DNA of 64,000 nt from contig CM082590.2 in assembly GCA_040954595.2 (NCBI GenBank), forward strand, positions 1,116,001-1,180,000, written 5' to 3'. The position numbers and the translations under genes are program-made. This DNA comes from Balanoglossus misakiensis. Its lineage: Eukaryota; Animalia; Hemichordata. Shown one piece after another: positions 1 to 11,700 of the stretch. The notes under the pieces were generated by a model. It did not search any database. It was not told the DNA's origin and saw only the letters and a list, made by a program, of their open reading frames with translations. Within the stretch, counting starts at the first letter, position 1. Each line of letters opens with the position of its first letter.

Positions 1-554
1 TGTTTACATCATGACAGAATCTGTACAGTTTTAATCATGATCTTTAAAATAGGTATGTCTTATTGTTTTGATCTATGGTGAGAATGGTCCCTCGGTGATC
101 TTAGTCAACTTTATTGAAATTGTGCTGAATTTTGCATTATTTTATGTCAGAGTTTGAAGAGTAGTCATCTTCCCTGAAACCACTTGATCTAATTTAAATG
201 TCAAATAGTGGAAGTACAATTTGCGTATTTGTTGAATTGGGGATATTGTTGCAGTTTTTGAAATTCAAGATGGCTGCCAACCTCTGTGTTAACTCTATGG
301 AAAAAACAGTTATGTAAATAATTTTCTAAAAACAAGGCGGTGAACAACACATTTTCTTTGTTTTCAAACAGTAATTGATATAGCTATCATTGTTTCTGAA
401 AATCTAAACTTGTAGGAATACCTTTTCAATCTCCAGCATCAGTCTTATTTCTTAGTATTGACACAAGTTGTTTAAAAGATGTGCAGCTTTTGACTTCTCA
501 CAGGCTTACACTTTGTTATTAATATGCATCTCTATTGGTATTGTTTTGTTATTT

Positions 555-1476
555 AGGCGCTTGGGCCCCTAATTGTAATTGATGGAGTTTTTCCATGAAT
601 TTTTGCTCGTCTAACTCTCAAACACGGTCACACCTACGCTTTTCAAATTTGTCATAGCTGTCCAGGCCAATGAGTAGACAACTTGAATGTGTAATTAGTC
701 ATGTGACCTGACATCCATATTCAGTTGAAATTTTAAAATTGACTTAATTAACATATGAATCATAACATTTTAGGGCTTTTCTCAAGCTTGGTAGACCATA
801 AAGCCAGGATCCTATATGCCAAAATTCAAGGTCCTGGGGTCCGGCCATGTCGATTTTAAGAAGATTTTCAAAGCATTGTTTTCCATATTTTTTCCATGGA
901 CCCAAGCCATAGACCTTTACATCTACCGTTAAGCTATGGCCACATTTTATTCTGCAATTCTGGTCTATACAATGGTCCTGAACAGCTAGTGTCTCTGGCC
1001 AGTGAGCAGCATAGGACCAAAATAAAAATCCAATTCTTGGGGTCCCCTGAGACCCCTGCATATCTCATGAAATGTTTGCATATCTAATGTTGGGTTAACC
1101 GAAAGTGCTAGAAGTCTGGTTTTATTGGACATGGACCAGTATGGGATCAAACATTTTGCCCAAATTTTAATTGACCTAGGATACCCTTTGAACTAGTTTC
1201 AAATATCTCAGCAGATAGAGCAGATTTACCTTATTATGTGCTTAACTAACTCCAGACTAACCAATGGTGTTAGAGGTCTTGAAGTCTTGTTTGTGTTGGA
1301 CTTGAACCAGTAGGGGATAAAAATTTTGTGACATAATTTCCGGTGTCTTTGGATGAACGATGACATTCTGCATATTTTAGCATCCTCAACAGATACAGCC
1401 ATAGCATCCAGAACAGTGGATTTGTCATGTCTATCACTATTTGCATGGGCCCAGTCAATGCTGCTTATAGCTTTAA
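555..1476 (+). mobile_element. Decayed non-autonomous Helentron-associated (HINE/DINE-1-like) repeat
   Basis: Shares blocks with the copy at 60305+: GCTTGG(G/T)CCCC..GGAGTTTTTC, GTAATTAGTCA(T/C)GTGAC and TGCCAAA(A/T)TTCAAGGTCCT..GGCCA(T/C)GTCGATTTT. Ends in GGCCCAGTCAATGCTGCTTATAGCTTTAA, and a similar end (GGCCCTGCCAATGCTGCTTGCAACTTTAA) recurs at about 5482-5510. Family assignment is inferred from structure. Confidence 0.45.
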
Positions 1477-4400
1477 CCCTCTGCTTCTTCTTCCCCGAAT
1501 TTTGACTAGGTAAATCTGGAAAATTTCAGCAGCTACAGGGCTCAAACTTGGAATTGTGATAGATGCCAATCATGCATTGAACTTTTGAATTTTTAATTGG
1601 TCATGTGACCTGGCTTCACAAACACTGCAAGGCCATTCAAGTTCAAATTTGGTGTGTAATATAAATGTCCTCTGCCCTTCAAAGTTCAAAAATAAAATCA
1701 TGAGCGATCATTTGACATTGGCTGCCATATTGGATTTTCAAAAAATCTCACTAAATTTCAAAAAATAATTTTCTCCAGAACCAGCAACTACCAAGTCACT
1801 GGATTTGGGGACACCTTACCAATGTCTGTCAAGTTTGCGAAGCGCATTGTGATTGGTCTAACCTTATGTCGGCCATATCACTACATTTCACAACTAAGAC
1901 ACTGTGTATAGCTTGTGACTCGTATGAGGACTTTAGAGTAAGACACAGCCTATAACCATCCAAGCTAGTGAGACAAGGATTCTGCAAAAGAAGTTCAATG
2001 GAAGATATAGTGAAGTTTCCAAATATGACACGTCTCAGTCTTCGGACTGAGCGCGATTCCCATTATCAAAACACCGCAAAGCATGCTGGGAAATTTCAGC
2101 ACTCATTGACCTCTGTTATGGCGGCCAAGAACCCAGCGTACGTGGAGAGATTTCAATCCAATTTTTTTCCATGTTTTGAGAGTACTTGACAGATTTCGTT
2201 ATCTTTGTGAAAATTATTGAAATAAAGCAATAAGAGAATCAAAGAGGTGAATTCGGTAGATTTGCGAAAAATAAAAATAAAAGAGTTACCTTTGACCCCT
2301 TCTATTTTAGCCTTCAGAGGCATATACCAACTTTGATTTTTTGTGCCTTTTCATCCAAAGCTTCAATGGACGAGAAAAAACGTGGTATATACTCTATTTC
2401 ATTAGAACTTTGTTGGAAACTACCGTATATCATGATCAACGACTGAATAGAGACTGTGGGACGTCTCCAATTGGTGTTGTTAAATTGGCGATTTTGTAGC
2501 AAAATACCGTGATTTTGCCGTGTCGTAGTAAAAAAAAATCCAGACGCAAATGTCATGCAGAGTGTTTATTTTAATCACTCATCACCTCTTATGCTCATTT
2601 TTTCGTCCAGAACATCTTACCCGTAAATTCCACACTTTCTGACGGGGTCTTCCTGGCACACACTGTTTTTGGGTGAAAATGCAGTGATTTGTTTGATTGT
2701 TTGTGCCTTTTCATCCAAAGAGTGAAAACTATTCAAACTCGAATTTCTGGGGTCATAGATACTTTATTGTTATCATACGAACCTATTTTAGCTAGTGCTA
2801 AGCCTCTAAAAAAATATGCAGCCACTCGAAGTGAGGCGTAAAACGTAGTTTGTCGATATTTTGGTTATGAATGTTTGTGGGCCTTCAATCAATAATTTAT
2901 CAGGTACGACCGTCCGCAGTGCCCAAAATACTTACGATACATGTTGTTATTTCGTAATCACACCGATCGAACACAGATACCTCGCGTGGATGCATGCACC
3001 ATGTCGTTTTTCAACGGTTTTGTGAATTTAATACCAATTTCAAGGGAAGTGCTTGCAGTCATGTATCCCGCAATCAGCCAAAATAAGACTCCAACAGCGA
3101 AAAAAGAGACACATCTGGAACAAACACGCATATTTACTTCCTCTGACTTCCGTAAGAACCGCGATTACATGCAGAATTACCCCACTAGAGCCCATGTGTG
3201 TACCCTAATCACATGGGTCAGTCTCTTGACACAGAGATATCAACGCCCCTTTCATGACGTTCAAGCCTGATGACAGCATCATTGATCAATGGGTGGGTAG
3301 ATATACTCATAACTGACATGATCTTATATATAAATATTCAGATATTTGTTTACAACAAACTTAGATGTATCGAATAAACTTTGAGCAAAAGCGTGAAGCC
3401 TTGCCTTTCTTGGCGGGAGATTGACGCATGTTGTTTACGTTACCATGGCGCCATAGAAATAGTAACGCTATTTAGCATATCACGTGCACTAAATGACACC
3501 CACTGGTTGGCGTATTCAAAAGGTCATAACATTTTGGGGTCATCAGTCGGCAGACTGAAAGTCATTGAGAAATTGTGGTTTCTCGTCATTCAATTGAGGT
3601 TCATTGGTCAGAGAAAGTCGTCTGGGAATCGGCAGGTTTCGCTGCTTGCTGCATATGCTGAAATATTGCACCAGCACCATTTTAGCAACCACGATCTGTC
3701 AAATTTTGGTCAGTTCCATAGGCATCGCCATGCAATTTGCAGTGCGGGGCTGGTAAATTCAAGTGTTGATGTTTTTTCTGAGTTAATTTTTGTAAAAAAA
3801 ATCACGTCGGTTTTTGGATTTGTCACAGCGAGTAAGGAACTTAATGTCAGTTCTTTGTTAAAAGCTAAGCTCGCTGGATTTTTTTCGTGTTGGAGACACT
3901 GCGACTTGTAATTTCTGTTTCCGACCGTAATTTTCCGGACACTCGACAGCGTAGTCAGCCTTTTTGAATACTTAATGAGTGATAATGGACACGCCCACTT
4001 TTCGCGCTCAGTCTGAAGACTGTCTGTTACTCAAATGATGAGTGACAGCATTCGGGGATTTGACTTGCAAGAGTAATTTGGTAGCACAGCCGAATTGCAC
4101 GTAAATTTGTCACTTTGGGTCAGTCTTGATGGGTGTAGCATACAATGTACCAGTAGGGGGGGGGGGTATGGTTATCCATTATGGACACCTGGTACCTTCA
4201 CTTAGCAGTGGTTTACTACAAAATTCAATTTAGTAGCAACAGCTGCCAAACTAACAAAATGTCGATTCAGTGTCTGCAGAACAGCCAAACTTAAAAATTT
4301 ACATTCACCCTGTCACTCAAGTACTGGTGAAAACAGAGGAGGCAAGTTCACATTTCCAATCATGTAATTTCATGTAACACTTCCATTAAACCAACATACT

Positions 4401-5749
4401 TCATTCATTGACCCCAACTTTCCTTGCAAAGAAAGCATGAACTCTGCAAGGGACAATATAGTATAAAACCATTGGAGTGAGATGGGTCACATTAGACTTG
4501 AATTGTATTTTATTAAACTGATTTGTTAGGCTGGGTTATAAACACGGGTATCGACCAGCATGCGTCTAGTTGTATGAACATTTTAAGAAATGAAAGGTTA
4601 AAATCAGTCAAACTTTCAGCTTTGAATCGTATTCCGGTAAATCCATTCAGGCCAACCATAATTTTGCTACTTTAATTTATCATTTTTCCTCTTATTTCTT
4701 TCCTGGACCTGGTAATTTAGCCCAGCTTGAATGATATTGATTATTATGCCTGATTTGATGTCTTATTACCACGTCTTGTAAAAAAAAACAGTCATAAAGG
4801 GCATGGTCCAAATATCTTCATAATTTTGGCAATGACCTTTGACTTCTTTTGGCACATGTATTAATATCCTGCATATCTTTTGACAGGAAGATCCGTAAAA
4901 TGGGGGTTTGGGTTCTGATGCATAATGAACACATATATATTTGGACCCCTTGACCAATGTTTAACGAATTAAATATATGCATATCTAATTTAAAGCTTAC
5001 CAGTAGGATTACAACTGCAGTTTTTTATGAACATGGTCTACTTTGTGACAACAATTTGTTGCCAAATTTCTTGACCCTATTGACCATGCTGACATCATTA
5101 AATATGTACATACCAAATTCTGGCCTATTAAACCAGTAGGGTTAGGAGCCTGGTTTGTCGTAAAAATGGACCAGTTTGGCATCAAAATTTTGCTGACCAC
5201 TGGGTGACATTAGACCTACTTTCCCATGCCTCAGCATGCACAACAGAAACAGCCCTGAAATTTGGAAGGATGGAACAGCTAAAAGAGGCTTACACTTAAA
5301 TCATCAATCATGAGCATACGTAATTTGATCCTTAACAGTTGTGCGAGAAGTTTCAGTTAGACATGGATCAGTTAAGGATCATTTTTTTTTGACAATTTTT
5401 ACTGATTACTTAGTAACCATTGTTGTGCTTTTCTATATCTTGGTATCCACAGCATACCCTGGTAACCATGGAAACTGCTACGGCCCTGCCAATGCTGCTT
5501 GCAACTTTAATTTTTAAAATTTATTTTTTTATCACGGTTTTTTTATGAATAATGGTGAATTGTTGATCAAATCAATTTATTAAAATGATTTCATTCTTTT
5601 TTTTTACATTAGGTTTATTGGTAACACTGCCGCTAGAGGAAGTGTAATATGTAACAGATGGATGAACCTAATACTTGTAATGACGCCAGCTCCTAATACT
5701 GTAATAGGCCCCTCTCTGCCGCGTCCGAGCCCGGCCGGCTGGCCTCCCT

Positions 5750-8700
5750 TCGCGTAGCAAGTGTAGTTAGTCAGGGCGGGGCCCGGGCGTCCCCACCGGC
5801 CAGCGCCGGCCAGACTCGCGTAGCAAGTGTAGTCAGTCAGGGCGGGGCCCGGGCGTCCCCACTCGCGTCTAGCAAGCGTAGTCAGTCAGGGCGGGGCCCA
5901 CTCGCGTCTAGCAAGTGTAGTCAGTCAGGGCGGGGCCCGGGCGTCCCCACTCGCGTCTAGCAAGCGTAGTCAGTCAGGGCGGGGCCCACACGCGTCTAGC
6001 AAGTGTAGTCAGTCAGGGCGGGGCCCGGGCGTCCCCACTCGCGTCTAGCAAGCGTAGTCAGTCAGGGCGGGGCCCGGGCGTCCCCACTCGCGTCTAGCAA
6101 GCGTAGTCAGTCAGGGCGGGGCCCGGGGGTCCCCACTCGCGTCTAGTAAGCGTAGTCAGTCAGGGCGGGGCCCGGGCGTCCCCACTCGCGTCTAGCAAGC
6201 GTAGTCAGTCAGGGCGGGGCCCGGGCGTCCCCACTCGCGTCTAGCAAGCGTAGTCAGTCAGGGCGGGGCCCACTCGCGTCTAGCAAGCGTAGTCAGTCAG
6301 GGCGGGGCCCGGGCGTCCCCACTCGCGTCTAGCAAGCGTAGTCAGTCAGGGCGGGGCCCGGGCGTCCCCACTCGCGTCTAGCAAGCGTAGTCAGTCAGGG
6401 CGGGGCCCACTCGCGTCTAGCAAGCGTAGTCAGTCAGGGCGGGGCCCGGGCGTCCCCACTCGCGTCTAGCAAGCGTAGTCAGTCAGGGCGGGGCCCGGGC
6501 GGGGCCCACTCGCGTCTAGCAAGCGTAGTCAGTCAGGGCGGGGCCCAGGCGTCCCCACTCGCGTCTAGCAAGCGTAGTCAGTCAGGGCGGGGCCCGGGCG
6601 TCCCCACTCGCGTCTAGCAAGCGTAGTCAGTCAGGGCGGGGCCCACTCGCGTCTAGCAAGCGTAGTCAGTCAGGGCGGGGCCCGGGCGTCCCCACTCGCG
6701 TCTAGCAAGCGTAGTCAGTCAGGGCGGGGCCCGGGCGTCCCCACTCGCGTCTAGCAAGCGTAGTCAGTCAGGGCGGGGCCCGGGCGTCCCCACTCGCGAC
6801 TAGCAAGCGTAGTCAGTCAGGACGGGGCCCGGGCGTCCCCACTCGCGTCTAGCAAGCGTAGTCAGTCAGGGCGGGGCCCACTCGCGTCTAGCAAGCGTAG
6901 TCAGTCAGGACGGGGCCCGGGCTTCCCCACTCGCGTCTAGTAAGCGTAGTCAGTCAGGGCGGGGCCCGGGCGTCCCCACTCGCGTCTAGCAAGCGTAGTC
7001 AGTCAGGGCGGGGCCCGGGCGTCCCCACTCGCGTCTAGCAAGCGTAGTCAGTCAGGGCGGGGCCCACTCGCGTCTAGCAAGCGTAGTCAGTCAGGGCGGG
7101 GCCCGGGCGTCCCCACTCGCGTCTAGCAAGCGTAGTCAGTCAGGGCGGGGCCCGGGCGTCCCCACTCGCGTCTAGCAAGCGTAGTCAGTCAGGGCGGGGC
7201 CCGGGCGTCCCCACTCGCGTCTAGCAAGCGTAGTCAGTCAGGGCGGGGCCCGGGCGTCCCCACTCGCGTCTAGCAAGCGTAGTCAGTCAGGGCGGGGCCC
7301 GGGCGTCCCCACTCGCGTCTAGCAAGCGTAGTCAGTCAGGGCGGGGCCCGGGCGTCCCCACTCGCGTCTAGCAAGCGTAGTCAGTCAGGGCGGGGCCCGG
7401 GCGTCCCCACTCGCGTCTAGCAAGCGTAGTCAGTCAGGGCGGGGCCCGGGCGTCCCCACTCGCGTCTAGCAAGCGTAGTCAGTCAGGGCGGGGCCCACTC
7501 GCGTCTAGCAAGCGTAGTCAGTCAGGGCGGGGCCCGGGCGTCCCCACTCGCGTCTAGCAAGCGTAGTCAGTCAGGGCGGGGCCCGGGCGTCCCCACTCGC
7601 GTCTAGCAAGCGTAGTCAGTCAGGGCGGGGCCCGGGCGTCCCCACTCGCGTCTAGCAAGCGTAGTCAGTCAGGGCGGGGCCCGGGCGTCCCCACTCGCGT
7701 CTAGCAAGCGTAGTCAGTCAGGGCGGGGCCCACTCGCGTCTAGCAAGCGTAGTCAGTCAGGGCGGGGCCCGGGCGTCCCCACTCGCGTCTAGCAAGCGTA
7801 GTCAGTCAGGGCGGGGCCCGGGCGGGGCCCACTCGCGTCTAGCAAGCGTAGTCAGTCAGGGCGGGGCCCAGGCGTCCCCACTCGCGTCTAGCAAGCGTAG
7901 TCAGTCAGGGCGGGGCCCGGGCGTCCCCACTCGCGTCTAGCAAGCGTAGTCAGTCAGGGCGGGGCCCACTCGCGTCTAGCAAGCGTAGTCAGTCAGGGCG
8001 GGGCCCGGGCGTCCCCACTCGCGTCTAGCAAGCGTAGTCAGTCAGGGCGGGGCCCGGGCGTCCCCACTCGCGTCTAGCAAGCGTAGTCAGTCAGGGCGGG
8101 GCCCGGGCGTCCCCACTCGCGACTAGCAAGCGTAGTCAGTCAGGACGGGGCCCGGGCGTCCCCACTCGCGTCTAGCAAGCGTAGTCAGTCAGGGCGGGGC
8201 CCGGGCGTCCCCACTCGCGTCTAGCAAGCGTAGTCAGTCAGGGCGGGGCCCGGGCGTCCCCACTCGCGTCTAGCAAGCGTAGTCAGTCAGGGCGGGGCCC
8301 ACTCGCGTCTAGCAAGCGTAGTCAGTCAGGACGGGGCCCGGGCTTCCCCACTCGCGTCTAGTAAGCGTAGTCAGTCAGGGCGGGGCCCGGGCGTCCCCAC
8401 TCGCGTCTAGCAAGCGTAGTCAGTCAGGGCGGGGCCCGGGCGTCCCCACTCGCGTCTAGCAAGCGTAGTCAGTCAGGGCGGGGCCCACTCGCGTCTAGCA
8501 AGCGTAGTCAGTCAGGGCGGGGCCCGGGCGTCCCCACTCGCGTCTAGCAAGCGTAGTCAGTCAGGGCGGGGCCCGGGCGTCCCCACTCGCGTCTAGCAAG
8601 CGTAGTCAGTCAGGGCGGGGCCCGGGCGTCCCCACTCGCGTCTAGCAAGCGTAGTCAGTCAGGACGGGGCCCGGGCGTCCCCACTCGCGTCTAGCAAGCG

Positions 8701-11700
8701 TAGTCAGTCAGGGCGGGGCCCACTCGCGTCTAGCAAGCGTAGTCAGTCAGGACGGGGCCCGGGCTTCCCCACTCGCGTCTAGCAAGCGTAGTCAGTCAGG
8801 GCGGGGCCCGGGCGTCCCCACTCGCGTCTAGCAAGCGTAGTCAGTCAGGGCGGGGCCCGGGCGTCCCCACTCGCGTCTAGCAAGCGTAGTCAGTCAGGGC
8901 GGGGCCCACTCGCGTCTAGCAAGCATAGTCAGTCAGGGCGGGGCCCGGGCGTCCCCACTCGCGTCTAGCAAGCGTAGTCAGTCAGGGCGGGGCCCGGGCG
9001 TCCCCACTCGCGTCTAGCAAGCGTAGTCAGTCAGGGCGGGGCCCGGGCGTCCCCACTCGCGTCTAGCAAGCGTAGTCAGTCAGGGCGGGGCCCGGGCGTC
9101 CCCACTCGCGTCTAGCAAGCGTAGTCAGTCAGGGCGGGGCCCGGGCGTCCCCACTCGCGACTAGCAAGCGTAGTCAGTCAGGACGGGGCCCGGGCGTCCC
9201 CACTCGCGTCTAGCAAGCGTAGTCAGTCAGGGCGGGGCCCGGGCGTCCCCACTCGCGTCTAGCAAGCGTAGTCAGTCAGGGCGGGGCCCGGGCGTCCCCA
9301 CTCGCGTCTAGCAAGCGTAGTCAGTCAGGGCGGGGCCCACTCGCGTCTAGCAAGCGTAGTCAGTCAGGACGGGGCCCGGGCTTCCCCACTCGCGTCTAGT
9401 AAGCGTAGTCAGTCAGGGCGGGGCCCGGGCGTCCCCACTCGCGTCTAGCAAGCGTAGTCAGTCAGGGCGGGGCCCGGGCGTCCCCACTCGCGTCTAGCAA
9501 GCGTAGTCAGTCAGGGCGGGGCCCACTCGCGTCTAGCAAGCGTAGTCAGTCAGGGCGGGGCCCGGGCGTCCCCACTCGCGTCTAGCAAGCGTAGTCAGTC
9601 AGGGCGGGGCCCGGGCGTCCCCACTCGCGTCTAGCAAGCGTAGTCAGTCAGGGCGGGGCCCGGGCGTCCCCACTCGCGTCTAGCAAGCGTAGTCAGTCAG
9701 GGCGGGGCCCGGGCGTCCCCACTCGCGTCTAGCAAGCGTAGTCAGTCAGGGCGGGGCCCGGGCGTCCCCACTCGCGTCTAGCAAGCGTAGTCAGTCAGGG
9801 CGGGGCCCGGGCGTCCCCACTCGCGTCTAGCAAGCGTAGTCAGTCAGGGCGGGGCCCGGGCGTCCCCACTCGCGTCTAGCAAGCGTAGTCAGTCAGGGCG
9901 GGGCCCGGGCGTCCCCACTCGCGTCTAGCAAGCGTAGTCAGTCAGGGCGGGGCCCGGGCGTCCCCACTCGCGTCTAGCAAGCGTAGTCAGTCAGGGCGGG
10001 GCCCGGGCGTCCCCACTCGCGTCTAGCAAGCGTAGTCAGTCAGGGCGGGGCCCACTCGCGTCTAGCAAGCGTAGTCAGTCAGGGCGGGGCCCGGGCTTCC
10101 CCACTCGCGTCTAGTAAGCGTAGTCAGTCAGGGCGGGGCCCGGGCGTCCCCACTCGCGTCTAGCAAGCGTAGTCAGTCAGGGCGGGGCCCGGGCGTCCCC
10201 ACTCGCGTCTAGCAAGCGTAGTCAGTCAGGGCGGGGCCCACTCGCGTCTAGCAAGCGTAGTCAGTCAGGGCGGGGCCCGGGCTTCCCCACTCGCGTCTAG
10301 TAAGCGTAGTCAGTCAGGGCGGGGCCCGGGCGTCCCCACTCGCGTCTAGCAAGCGTAGTCAGTCAGGGCGGGGCCCGGGCGTCCCCACTCGCGACTAGCA
10401 AGCGTAGTCAGTCAGGACTGGGCCCGGGCGTCCCCACTCGTGTCTAGCAAGCGTAGTCAGTCAGGGCGGGGCCCACTCGCGTCTAGCAAGCGTAGTCAGT
10501 CAGGGCGGGGCCCGGGCGTCCCCACTCGCGTCTAGCAAGCGTAGTCAGTCAGGGCGGGGCCCGGGCGTCCCCACTCGCGTCTAGCAAGCGTAGTCAGTCA
10601 GGGCGGGGCCCGGGCGTCCCCACTCGCGTCTAGCAAGCGTAGTCAGTCAGGGCGGGGCCCACTCGCGTCTAGCAAGCGTAGTCAGTCAGGGCGGGGCCCG
10701 GGCTTCCCCACTCGCGTCTAGTAAGCGTAGTCAGTCAGGGCGGGGCCCGGGCGTCCCCACTCGCGTCTAGCAAGCGTAGTCAGTCAGGGCGGGGCCCGGG
10801 CGTCCCCACTCGCGTCTAGCAAGCGTAGTCAGTCAGGGCGGGGCCCACTCGCGTCTAGCAAGCGTAGTCAGTCAGGGCGGGGCCCGGGCGTCCCCACTCG
10901 CGTCTAGCAAGCGTCGTCAGTCAGGGCGGGGCCCGGGCGTCCCCACTCGCGTCTAGCAAGCGTAGTCAGTCAGGGCGGGGCCCGGGCGTCCCCACTCGCG
11001 TCTAGCAAGCGTAGTCAGTCAGGACGGGGCCCACTCGCGTCTAGCAAGCGTAGTCAGTCAGGGCGGGGCCCGGGCTTCCCCACTCGCGTCTAGTAAGCGT
11101 AGTCAGTCAGGGCGGGGCCCGGGCGTCCCCACTCGCGTCTAGCAAGCGTAGTCAGTCAGGGCGGGGCCCGGGCGTCCCCACTCGCGTCTAGCAAGCGTAG
11201 TCAGTCAGGGCGGAGCCCGGGCGTCCCCACTCGCGTCTAGCAAGCGTAGTCAGTCAGGGCGGGGCCCGGGCGTCCCCACTCGCGTCTAGCAAGCGTAGTC
11301 AGTCAGGGCGGGGCCCGGGCGTCCCCACTCGCGTCTAGCAAGCGTAGTCAGTCAGGGCGGGGCCCGGGCGTCCCCACTCGCGTCTAGCAAGCGTAGTCAG
11401 TCAGGACGGGGCCCACTCGCGTCTAGCAAGCGTAGTCAGTCAGGGCGGGGCCCGGGCTTCCCCACTCGCGTCTAGTAAGCGTAGTCAGTCAGGGCGGGGC
11501 CCGGGCGTCCCCACTCGCGTCTAGCAAGCGTAGTCAGTCAGGGCGGGGCCCGGGCGTCCCCACTCGCGTCTAGCAAGCGTAGTCAGTCAGGGCGGGGCCC
11601 GGGCGTCCCCACTCGCGTCTAGCAAGCGTAGTCAGTCAGGGCGGGGCCCGGGCGTCCCCACTCGCGTCTAGCAAGCGTAGTCAGTCAGGGCGGGGCCCAC

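Noticed and set aside
3381-3911. 176-aa ORF
   Set aside because: Non-ATG start, no domain motifs and no splice context.
1889-5426. CACTA- or hAT-like element ends (CACAAC..GTTGTG; CAGTGGT..ACCACTG)
   Set aside because: Only 6-7 bp matches and no TSD.
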